Shown here: in pieces, positions 39,136 through 47,549 of the stretch | Layout of the letters: each line of letters starts with the position of its first letter | Numbering within the stretch: position 1 is the stretch's first letter | NCBI GenBank assembly: GCA_964551605.1 | Contig: CAZKCV010000003.1 | Coordinates: 15,474 to 79,473 of the forward strand | From: an uncultured Gammaproteobacteria bacterium | GTDB taxonomy: Bacteria > Patescibacteriota > Microgenomatia > Daviesbacterales > UBA10151 | Reading direction: 5' to 3' | DNA length: 64,000 nucleotides | The notes under the pieces: generated by a model | Told to the model about the DNA's origin: nothing | Seen by the model: the letters and a program-made list of their open reading frames with translations, nothing else | Database searches by the model: none | Made by a program: the position numbers and the translations under genes

Positions 39136-39286
39136 TGTGGTCGGTCTCCTGACTTTACCCTTCGATTCCACTCAGGGTTATAACAGTTGCGGCACAGTCT
39201 CTGATTTACACAGAGTTCCCTTAAGAGCGAAGCTTGCAAGCTCCGCTTATTGTACTTTGAGTTCAATTCTGAACCTAGTACACCAC
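39136..39286 (-). promoter_or_regulatory. Cobalamin (B12) riboswitch
   Basis: AGGT...TTAAGGGAA-ctctg-tgtaAAT-cagag-ACTGtgccGCAACTGT...AAGTCAGGAGACC (B12 box); P1 GTGGT/ACCAC; promoter TTGAAA(39321-16)-17-TATGCT(39298-93). Confidence 0.87.
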
Positions 39287-39454
39287 CATCCCAGCATAGC
39301 CGGAGAATTATCAATTTTCAAGTCCCAATTTTCTCCACTGATTTAATCTGATCTTGTCCGAATTGATCTGTTTTGTGCCGCTTGCCAATACTTTTTTCAC
39401 GTTGTATAACAGTGATGAGTTCGTAGTTGGTAGTTCGTAGTACTAAGTTATAAA

Positions 39455-39823
39455 ATGACTAACTTCAATTTTCAAAACCTGAGCGTCTATAAAAAATCCC
39501 TGGATTTTTGTGAGCAGATTTATCAAACTACAAAGACATGGCCTAAGGAATACTCGTTTGATATAACAAGCCAACTAAGAAGAGCTTCGCTGTCAATATC
39601 TTTAAATATAGCAGAAGGCACAAGCAGGACGAAAAAGGAATTCAGCAGGTTTCTTGATATTGCCCGTGGTTCATGTTTCGAATGCGTTGCATTAATAGAA
39701 ATAGGTGTGAAATTAACCCTTATAGAAAATACTCTGAAAGCTAGATTTCTCATGGATCTAGAAGAATTATCTAAAATGCTTTCCGGTCTTAAGAAATCTA
39801 TGAACTATGAACTCAAGGCGTGA
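39455..39823 (+). CDS. Four-helix-bundle protein (23S rRNA IVP / Avd-like family)
   Basis: FQNLSVYKKS, SQLRRASLSISLNIAEG, FLDIARGSCFE. Confidence 0.92.
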   Translation: MTNFNFQNLSVYKKSLDFCEQIYQTTKTWPKEYSFDITSQLRRASLSISLNIAEGTSRTKKEFSRFLDIARGSCFECVALIEIGVKLTLIENTLKARFLMDLEELSKMLSGLKKSMNYELKA

Positions 39824-39845
39824 AACGCCGTACTAATAACAAACT

Positions 39846-40904
39846 ATGGATGCCCACCCTATCCCTCAAAACGTAACCTCTTTCCAATTCAAACTGGTAG
39901 GAGATATGACCTTGAAGCAATTTGCCTACCTGGCTACCGGTGCCGCCGCCGCTTACATTACCTTTGTATTTTTTACCAAAGACTACCCTTTTTTTGCCTG
40001 GCCTCTGACAATTTTATTTGCCGGCTCAGGAGCAGTCTTTGCCTTTTTGCCGATCGGTTCCCGCCCCCTGGATTATTGGACCAAGGCTTTCTTAAAGGCC
40101 GTTTACTCACCCACCAAAAGAGTCTGGAAGAAAAACGGAAAAACCTTCAGGGATGATCCTTTATTTAAGAGCCGGCTGGCTATGTATCTGGCCGGGACAC
40201 AACTGCCTCAACCGATAATTGATAATCCGCTGCTGGCTCCAGCGGAAAACGGCAAGCCAAAGACGGAAGACATTTCTTTACCCCTGGTTAATAAACCCGG
40301 CCCACCACTCCCCACGCCGGACGCTTTGAAAAAAACCGTGGACCTGGCCAGGGAGGCCCAACAAGTCCAGATGCAAATCATTCAAACAGAGAGAACCCTT
40401 TCCCAAATCAAATCCCAGGCTCAAAAACCCACTCCCATTCCCGTAGACTATAGCCAGCAGGTTAATAAGGTTTTATCTGACTTACAGGGCCTGATGAGCC
40501 ATGCCTCAGAGGTCAAGCAACAAATTCAAACTATCCAGACACCGCCACAAAAGGCTCCGGAAAGCATCCCGGCAGTCAGCCGGGAAAAAGTTAAAGTGGT
40601 AGCTTCACAAAAGGCTCAACCAGTGCCTATCACCTTAACCACCTTTCCGAATGTAATTAATGGCATTGTCAAGGATAAAAGCAATAATTACCTGGATGGT
40701 GTGGTGGCCGTTATCTATGATAAAGATGGTCTGCCGGTTAGAGCACTGAAAACTAATAAATTAGGCCAGTTTACCGGCTCCACCCCGCTTTTGGACGGAA
40801 CTTATACTTTGGAACTGGAAAAAGAAGGCTTTACCTTTGATGTTTTACAAATTGAATTAGCAGGACAAGTCATGCCGCCGCTGACGATTACGGCTAAGGG
40901 ATAA
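39846..40904 (+). CDS. PrgI family protein with C-terminal beta-sandwich domain
   Basis: HPIPQNVTSFQFKLVGDMTLKQF, 2 TMs, RPLDYW; C-terminal NGIVKD...TNKLGQF. Confidence 0.82.
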   Translation: MDAHPIPQNVTSFQFKLVGDMTLKQFAYLATGAAAAYITFVFFTKDYPFFAWPLTILFAGSGAVFAFLPIGSRPLDYWTKAFLKAVYSPTKRVWKKNGKTFRDDPLFKSRLAMYLAGTQLPQPIIDNPLLAPAENGKPKTEDISLPLVNKPGPPLPTPDALKKTVDLAREAQQVQMQIIQTERTLSQIKSQAQKPTPIPVDYSQQVNKVLSDLQGLMSHASEVKQQIQTIQTPPQKAPESIPAVSREKVKVVASQKAQPVPITLTTFPNVINGIVKDKSNNYLDGVVAVIYDKDGLPVRALKTNKLGQFTGSTPLLDGTYTLELEKEGFTFDVLQIELAGQVMPPLTITAKG

Positions 40905-40914
40905 TACCAATACA

Positions 40915-41655
40915 ATGAACACTACACAACAACATCTGGCTGTTAGGGATATTCACGGTGACATTCTGATTCTCAAAGACGGCGGAGGCGCCCTGGTGCT
41001 GCAGGTTTCAGCTGTTAATTTTGGCTTGCTTTCCGAACGTGAACAGATGGCCATTATCCAAAGTTTTGCCCAAATGCTTAATTCGTTATCTTTTAGCCTG
41101 CAGATTGTCATTCATTCCGAAAGGCTTAACTTAAGCTCTTATCTGACGCTTTTGGAAAAAGCCCAAAAAGCTCAGACTAATCCGCTGCTGTCGCAAATGA
41201 TTACCGACTATAAACAATTCATACAAAGTGTAGTTAAAGACATGGAAGTACTGGATAAAAAATTTTATATTATCATTCCTCTGTTTAGCATAGAACTAGG
41301 TCTAACTGCCTCCAAAGCTAATTTAGAACAAAAAATTAAAACCGTACTCACGCCCAGAAAAGATCAGGTCATCAGACAACTGCAGCGGGTAGGACTGCAG
41401 GCTGTTCAATTAGACAAAGCAAAATTAATTGAGGTTTTCTATGATATCTATAACGGAGAACAAATCCAGCCGGCTGAATCAGTTCAACTACAGGACCTGG
41501 CAGTCAGGCTCAAAAATCCGCAACCCAGTCAAGCCGGTCCGCAAGCCAATATACCGCCACCTATCCAACAACCCACTCCTCAACCAGTTCAGGCACCAAC
41601 TGCCACCCAAACAGCAAGAAACCATCCTTTTATTGTAGAGGAGCTGGAAGCATGA
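40915..41655 (+). CDS. T4SS-associated protein preceding VirB4
   Basis: TQQHLAVRDI, AVNFGLLSEREQ, LNSLSFSLQIVI; coupled to virB4. Confidence 0.7.
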   Translation: MNTTQQHLAVRDIHGDILILKDGGGALVLQVSAVNFGLLSEREQMAIIQSFAQMLNSLSFSLQIVIHSERLNLSSYLTLLEKAQKAQTNPLLSQMITDYKQFIQSVVKDMEVLDKKFYIIIPLFSIELGLTASKANLEQKIKTVLTPRKDQVIRQLQRVGLQAVQLDKAKLIEVFYDIYNGEQIQPAESVQLQDLAVRLKNPQPSQAGPQANIPPPIQQPTPQPVQAPTATQTARNHPFIVEELEA

Positions 41656-43409
41656 AACTACCAAGTTTACTTAAAAAAACAAAGCAAACTGATCCGGCGA
41701 TTCCTCAGTTAACTCTGGAGGATGTTCTGGCACCGGCTGAACTGGAAGTAGATTTTAACTACCTAAAAGTAGACGGCCGCTTTTTCAGAACCTATTTTGT
41801 GTCTAATTATCCCCGCTATGTTGATCCCAACTGGCTGGAGCCGTTAATTTCCTTTGACCATACCCTGCTCATTTCCATGTTTATTTATCCTTCCCAATCA
41901 CAAGGGGTGCTGGATGAGCTTAAACGCAAGGTAGCTGAGATGGAAGCCACCATCCAAACAGACCTGGAGCGGGGCCGGGCTATTGACCCGGCAGTAGAAG
42001 TCGCTTTAGAAGATGCCAGGGGCTTGCAGGACCAGCTGGTCAGGGGGGTAGAGCGGTTTTTCCAGTTTGGTCTCTATATTTGTGTACCGGCTGCTTCCCT
42101 GGAAGAGCTGCAAAATACTTCCAAGCTCGTGGAATCTACTTTAGCGGCTCTTTCCATTACCGCCAAACAGGTCATCTTGCAAATGGAGGACGGGTTTAAG
42201 TCCTGCCTGCCCCAGGGTCAGGATTTATTAAACCTAAACCATAATATGGACACCACCTCCCTGGCTACTACTTTTCCCTTTGCCTCATCAGAATTGACTG
42301 CCAACGAAGGTATTATGTACGGAATTAATGAGCATAACGGCTCGCTGATTTTATTTGACAGGTTTAGTTTGGAAAACTTTAATTCAGTTATTTTTGCCAA
42401 AGCCGGGGCCGGCAAATCATACTTTGTAAAACTGGAGGCCTTAAGATCATTAATGTTCGGAGCGGAAATTATCGTCATTGATCCTGAACAGGAATACCTA
42501 CCCCTCTGCCAGGCAGTCGGAGGTGAATATATTAACTTTTCCGCCTCATCACCGGTAAAAATCAATCCCTTTGACATGTCAGGCGAACTGGTACCCGGGG
42601 AAAATGAGCTGGGCCGAAAAATCTTATCTTTAACCAGCTTCTTAAGGATTGTTTTAGGCAACTTAAACGCCCAGGAAACAGCGGTTTTAGACCGGGCCCT
42701 AAAACAAACCTATCAATTAAAAGGCATTACTGATAATCCGGAAACCCAAAATAAAATCCCGCCCTTAATGGAGGATTTATATAAAGTCTTAATCGGGATG
42801 GAAGAAGGCCCGACCATGGAGCTGGCTGCCAGATTAGAGCGCTTCATTAAAGGCTCATTGACCGGTATTTTTTCTGCCCACTCCAATATTGACCTTAAAA
42901 ATTCCTTTACTGTCTTTTCTGTCCGGGATTTGCCGGATCAGCTGCGGCCCTTAGCCATCCATATGATTTTGGAATATGTCTGGACCAAAATCAGGGGGAA
43001 GCTTAAAAAAAGATTATTAATCGTAGATGAAGCCTGGTATTTAATGAGAAACCAGGATTCGGCTGACTTTTTAGTGGATATGGCCAAAAGGGCCAGGAAA
43101 TATTATCTGGGGCTAACTACTATTACTCAGGATGTCGAGGATTTTCTGGCCACTGAGCGGGGCAAGGAAATTATCTCCAACTCCTCCATCCAGGTACTCT
43201 TAAAACAAGCTCCGGCTTCTATTGACCTTTTGGCGGAAGTTTTTAATTTATCAGAAGGGGAACAAAGGCTGCTCATGTCAGAAGGAGTAGGTGAAGGAAT
43301 ATTCTTTGCCGGTAATACCCATGTCGCTATGAGGGTGGTGGCCTCCTCCAACGAGCATGAATTAATTACCACCAGCCCCCAGGAGATCCTGGCCAGACAA
43401 GAAGAATAA
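41652..43409 (+). CDS. virB4: VirB4-like secretion ATPase
   Basis: AKAGAGKS, VIDPEQEY, INPFD, LIVDEAW, RARKY, ITQ. Confidence 0.9.
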   Translation: MKLPSLLKKTKQTDPAIPQLTLEDVLAPAELEVDFNYLKVDGRFFRTYFVSNYPRYVDPNWLEPLISFDHTLLISMFIYPSQSQGVLDELKRKVAEMEATIQTDLERGRAIDPAVEVALEDARGLQDQLVRGVERFFQFGLYICVPAASLEELQNTSKLVESTLAALSITAKQVILQMEDGFKSCLPQGQDLLNLNHNMDTTSLATTFPFASSELTANEGIMYGINEHNGSLILFDRFSLENFNSVIFAKAGAGKSYFVKLEALRSLMFGAEIIVIDPEQEYLPLCQAVGGEYINFSASSPVKINPFDMSGELVPGENELGRKILSLTSFLRIVLGNLNAQETAVLDRALKQTYQLKGITDNPETQNKIPPLMEDLYKVLIGMEEGPTMELAARLERFIKGSLTGIFSAHSNIDLKNSFTVFSVRDLPDQLRPLAIHMILEYVWTKIRGKLKKRLLIVDEAWYLMRNQDSADFLVDMAKRARKYYLGLTTITQDVEDFLATERGKEIISNSSIQVLLKQAPASIDLLAEVFNLSEGEQRLLMSEGVGEGIFFAGNTHVAMRVVASSNEHELITTSPQEILARQEE

Positions 43410-43424
43410 TGATAATCTAAACTT

Positions 43425-45299
43425 ATGGCTATCTTAAATCCTTTAGAACTTACCCGGCTTAAGTCACTGCTTTCAGGAAAAGTGCTTACAACAGAAGAGC
43501 AAATCAACACCTTGGACCTGCTGCGATCCAGGTTTTCTAATTTCTTTTCCAGTCTGGAACCTAATCTAACAGAAGAAAAGCTCAAGGATAATAAATTTCT
43601 TATCAAATACTTATCAAATCCCTATAACAGAAATAAAATCAAAAATGCCCTTCGCAGCGAACTATCCCTGCCTGCAGACCAACAAATCGCCCTGGAACAA
43701 GCGCTCAGCGAAAAGCCTGTTGCAGCAGAAGAAGCCGGTGGACAGTCAACTAACCAAGAAGCAACACCAGCAACCGGTCAAGAAACACAACCAGCAGGAG
43801 CAGCCGGCAGTTCTGCCGTGAACATGCCTTTTGGCGGCATGTCATCCGTTCCCTCTTTCTCTTCCTCCCCGCGTGTTTTTGCAACTCAACAAACCCCGCC
43901 GGTCGGCGGGATGGAAGGCGGCACTGGCCAAGGCACAGCTGCCACCAATAAAGCAGGCCGGAGTTTTAACTTTTCGTCTTTTAGATCTAAGGTGGGATCA
44001 AAAATAACTGGAGCTGCCAGAACCGGACTGGAGAAAGCTAACCCATTTCTAAAACAGATGGGTACCGGAGGAATCAACGCCCTCTCTGGTATGGCTAATT
44101 TCGGCGGGGGACAGGGAGGTATTTTCTCATCATTGGGAAGATTCGGTAAAGGCGGCGGACGAGACAGCTCTTTAGTCAGTAAAGCTAAAGGCAGAGGGGG
44201 ATTGATTTTTGCAGGAGCTTTAATAGGCGCTATGTTTCTGGTAGGAGCAATGGCAGCTTTCGCCCCAAACCCCACCCCTGGCCAGACTGCACCTATAAGT
44301 AATACTTCCGGCCTGGATTATACCCTCCCTTTGAAAAGCACATCTGTTCAACCTTTGGATATTAAAAATCAAGTTACAGCAGCTTTCCCGGGAGCCAAAC
44401 TGGAATATTGGGATAAAATCGTCCAAAGCAGTATAGCTGCCGGATTTAATCCAGCTTTAGCGCTAGCCTTGTGGATTGAGGAGACAGGCGCTTCACACAC
44501 CACGCTTGCCAGAAATGGCGGCAGCGAAATTCCCGTTAACGGAAACTTAACCAAAGGCCATCTGGGCTGTGCGCCAACACAGGACCAGGCCATAGACGAA
44601 AGCTTAAGTTGTTTATTTAAATTTATGGCCACATATAACTTTACCAATGACCAGTTCGCGGATTTTATGGCCAAATATTCCGGAGGACCAACCAACGCTC
44701 CGTTTTCTAACAATCCAAATTTCCCCAAAAATCTTAAGGAGTGGTATTCAAAATTGGTACCTTCCGGAGCCGGAGCCATCGTGGCAGTCACCCCCAGTCC
44801 AATGCCTCAGCAAGCTATAGCTTCTTGCCCTGTAGCCGAAGGACGCATTAGCACGCCTTCTTATAATGCCAGCCCCAATACAGGACACTGTGGAGGTAGT
44901 TATGCTTCTTCTTGTCATTGCGGAACAACAGGCAGAAGAGCCAAAGCTATTGATGTCCCCACCAACGGCCAAAGTGTGGTTCTACCAACCGTCAACGGTC
45001 AATCGGTCAACTGGAAACTCATCGAGGGACCTTACCAAGTAGAGATTGGCGAGGGCGGCGGACAAGGCTATACTTTCCAAGCCAATCAGGGAAACGATAC
45101 CTGGTATCTGGATATGTTGCACTTAAACACATCTTCTCTAGCGCGGAACACAGAGTACCCTTCCGGGACGCCTGTAGCAAAAAGCGCGATTACACACGTA
45201 CATATGACCATAGGCAGAAACTTAAGCAGCCGGCCGATAGCCGGAACTGCAACGGATTGCGACCCCAACTGGCTGCCATCAGACTTTTTATGTCAATGA
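43425..45299 (+). CDS. Membrane-anchored putative peptidoglycan hydrolase (lysozyme-like + degenerate M23-like)
   Basis: Gly-rich linker, TM, NPALALALWIEETG, then KAIDVP...LHL...HVH. Confidence 0.55.
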   Translation: MAILNPLELTRLKSLLSGKVLTTEEQINTLDLLRSRFSNFFSSLEPNLTEEKLKDNKFLIKYLSNPYNRNKIKNALRSELSLPADQQIALEQALSEKPVAAEEAGGQSTNQEATPATGQETQPAGAAGSSAVNMPFGGMSSVPSFSSSPRVFATQQTPPVGGMEGGTGQGTAATNKAGRSFNFSSFRSKVGSKITGAARTGLEKANPFLKQMGTGGINALSGMANFGGGQGGIFSSLGRFGKGGGRDSSLVSKAKGRGGLIFAGALIGAMFLVGAMAAFAPNPTPGQTAPISNTSGLDYTLPLKSTSVQPLDIKNQVTAAFPGAKLEYWDKIVQSSIAAGFNPALALALWIEETGASHTTLARNGGSEIPVNGNLTKGHLGCAPTQDQAIDESLSCLFKFMATYNFTNDQFADFMAKYSGGPTNAPFSNNPNFPKNLKEWYSKLVPSGAGAIVAVTPSPMPQQAIASCPVAEGRISTPSYNASPNTGHCGGSYASSCHCGTTGRRAKAIDVPTNGQSVVLPTVNGQSVNWKLIEGPYQVEIGEGGGQGYTFQANQGNDTWYLDMLHLNTSSLARNTEYPSGTPVAKSAITHVHMTIGRNLSSRPIAGTATDCDPNWLPSDFLCQ

Positions 45300-45742
45300 A
45301 AAATATTAAAATCATAATATTTATAATAGTTATGCTAAGTATTATGGCTTTTATTCTGAAAAGCCGTATTACTATCTTACCTTCCCCCTCCCAGTCACCC
45401 TCACCACAAACAGTATCCTCATCCGACAAGCCCACAATAATTTCTACCAAACCTAATCCTTTGGATGAAAGTATTATTACAGCCACGGAAATAGTAGAAA
45501 TTACTTTTAACCGGACCATTGAGAATGTGGGGGAATTTAAGGTCAAAATTGAGCCGGAAATAGAATACAGGATGGAGCTTTCCGGGGACAGAAAAACCGC
45601 TAAAATTATCCCCCTTAAACCTTACCAGCTAGGCACAACTTATACCTTGTTTATCGGCACTGAAACTAAATTTGACGGCGTGGGCAGATGGGGAGAAGAA
45701 AAGGTTTTCCATTTTAGAACCATTAAGTATACGGGTGTATAA
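45296..45742 (+). CDS. Membrane-anchored Ig-like (Big_5-type) protein
   Basis: ATGA overlap start; PTIISTKP, VEITFNR, PYQLGTTYTLFI. Confidence 0.7.
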   Translation: MKNIKIIIFIIVMLSIMAFILKSRITILPSPSQSPSPQTVSSSDKPTIISTKPNPLDESIITATEIVEITFNRTIENVGEFKVKIEPEIEYRMELSGDRKTAKIIPLKPYQLGTTYTLFIGTETKFDGVGRWGEEKVFHFRTIKYTGV

Positions 45743-45826
45743 GCGTATGGTGAATAGCGTACAGCGTATAGTTAAAGAAAAATTATGCGCTTACAACTAT
45801 ACCCTAAACGCTATACGCTAAACCCT
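45742..45826. repeat. 7-bp-periodic palindrome (AGCGTAT family) between convergent genes
   Basis: agcgtat ggtgaat agcgtac agcgtat agtt ... aact ataccct aaacgct atacgct aaaccct. Confidence 0.82.
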
Positions 45827-46925
45827 AGTTAAGTCTCACCGGCATTACAATATATTCCAATCCTTCAACACCCATTGGCTTAATCAAAGCCGCTGACAGA
45901 GCTCCGGAAAATTCAATCATAATCTGGGTCGCAGGAGCGTTAGAGATAGCATCCAATAAAAACTTGGTATTAAAGGCGATTTTTAACTCTTCTCCTTCAA
46001 TTTCTCCTTCTATTTCATTTTCCTGGCTGCCCAGTTCCTTAGCCTGTGATTCCAGCTTTAATATGCCTTTTTTAGTGGTTAAAACTACTACATTAGCTTC
46101 ATTTTTGGCAAAAATAGCTGCCAGTTTACTGGCTTTTAATAATTCCTCTTTCCCAATCATTGCCCTGGCCACAATCTTTTCCGGGATTATCTTTTCCCAA
46201 GCCGGGAATTGGCCTTCAATTAATCGGGAAGAAACAATCGTATTTCCCAGCTTAAATACTACCTGATTTTGGTTCTGACTGGTGGCAATACCAACCTCTT
46301 CAACTTCTTCTTCAGCTATAATCCGCAGTAATTCCTCAAACGTTCTCCGGGGAATTAAACTCCTAAACTGATCTTTGCCTTTAGGTAATTCAAACCGGCG
46401 GTGGGCTAGCCTAAATCCATCTGTGGCTACAAAATCCAACTTGCCATTAGACACTTCAGTCAATATACCGGTCAAAATCGGCCTGCCCTCATCCACCGCC
46501 GAGGCAAACAGAATTTGCGATGAGATTAAAAAGGCTTCCTTAGGAAAACTGATGCCAGTACCTTCAGCCAAAGGGATAGCCGGAAATTCAGCAGCGGCAA
46601 TCCCGTTAATACTGGCCTTTAGTTTACCGGACTGCACAGTTAAAACTTCATCTTCTGATGTCAAAATCACCTTAGCTTGTCCTAAACCGGAAATAAGCTC
46701 TACTAAAGTCTTGGCAGGCACAGTAACTTCTCCGGGAACTTCAATTTCCGTATTAATATACTTAATTACCCCGATTTCTAGATTTGTGGCTGCTATCTTT
46801 AATTTCTGTCCTTCAGCGGAAAGTAAAATATTATCCAGTACCGGCAAGGTGGAACGGATACCAACTGACCGGGCCACAGCTTGCAATGCAGGCAGTAAAT
46901 CTTGTTGTAAACATGTAAATTTCAT
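45825..46925 (-). CDS. dnaN: DNA polymerase III beta clamp
   Basis: AATNLEI, VATDGFRL, SRLIEGQFP, YIVMPVR. Confidence 0.97.
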   Translation of the reverse strand: MKFTCLQQDLLPALQAVARSVGIRSTLPVLDNILLSAEGQKLKIAATNLEIGVIKYINTEIEVPGEVTVPAKTLVELISGLGQAKVILTSEDEVLTVQSGKLKASINGIAAAEFPAIPLAEGTGISFPKEAFLISSQILFASAVDEGRPILTGILTEVSNGKLDFVATDGFRLAHRRFELPKGKDQFRSLIPRRTFEELLRIIAEEEVEEVGIATSQNQNQVVFKLGNTIVSSRLIEGQFPAWEKIIPEKIVARAMIGKEELLKASKLAAIFAKNEANVVVLTTKKGILKLESQAKELGSQENEIEGEIEGEELKIAFNTKFLLDAISNAPATQIMIEFSGALSAALIKPMGVEGLEYIVMPVRLN

Positions 46926-47380
46926 TATTTCTCTCTTGAGCCGGAAACGAATCTATGAACCTCTTCTTCTGTTACTTTAATTAATCTGAAATTAACTCTT
47001 CCAGATGCAATAAGGTTTTTAATGTGTTTTTCTTCATCTGTCAAGACATGAAACTCCCCGGACTTTACTTCAATAAAATCAATCCGCTCGTTATTTTTAA
47101 TACCAATAAAATCAATCGGCCAACCTAAAGGAATAATCCGGTCATAGTCATACCGAAGTTCGGCATAAGTTAATAACTCTGCCATTTTACCCTTTTGAGG
47201 ATTGATTGACCCCTGTATAGTTTGCAGCACCCTGGCCGGTAAATCCTGTACTCCCCGGTAAAGATCAATTAGATCTGAAGGAATATCCACAGATTTTCTA
47301 GCATGCAATCTGCCGATTAAATAAGTGATTACCAATAGTAACACTAGTATTCCCAGTAATACCCAGTTAATTTTATCCAC
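46925..47380 (-). CDS. Membrane-anchored PD-(D/E)XK endonuclease (archaeal Holliday junction resolvase-like)
   Basis: N-terminal TM; GKMAE, LGWPIDFI, FIEVKSG. Confidence 0.75.
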   Translation of the reverse strand: MDKINWVLLGILVLLLVITYLIGRLHARKSVDIPSDLIDLYRGVQDLPARVLQTIQGSINPQKGKMAELLTYAELRYDYDRIIPLGWPIDFIGIKNNERIDFIEVKSGEFHVLTDEEKHIKNLIASGRVNFRLIKVTEEEVHRFVSGSREK

Positions 47381-47549
47381 AAGTCGTTCGATTATACTAC
47401 ATCATATTAATAATAATAGTAATAGTAATATGTGGTGTGGATATGTGTAAAAACCAATTTTTCCGTTCACTTTTGGGAGAATTTCGTGTGAGTAAATTCC
47501 TGATATTTGTGGAAAAGTAGGTGGATAACTGACTTTACCCGGTGGATAA
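47373..47549. other. oriC: Replication origin oriC
   Basis: TTATCCACA 47373-81; 1-mismatch boxes 47436-44, 47508-16, 47520-28, 47541-49; DnaA-trio tract TAA/TAG 47408-30; lies between dnaA and dnaN. Confidence 0.87.

Noticed and set aside
39111-39346. N-terminal 68 aa of ORF 38178..39314 and ORF 39137..39346
   Set aside because: They overlap the riboswitch and its promoter; the SD-ATG at 39110 is the better start
30213-39823. Diversity-generating retroelement suggested by two Avd-like genes
   Set aside because: No reverse transcriptase and no TR/VR pair with A-specific mismatches seen in the window
28780-45742. Integrative conjugative element
   Set aside because: No integrase, relaxase, VirD4 or att repeats; locus abuts dnaN
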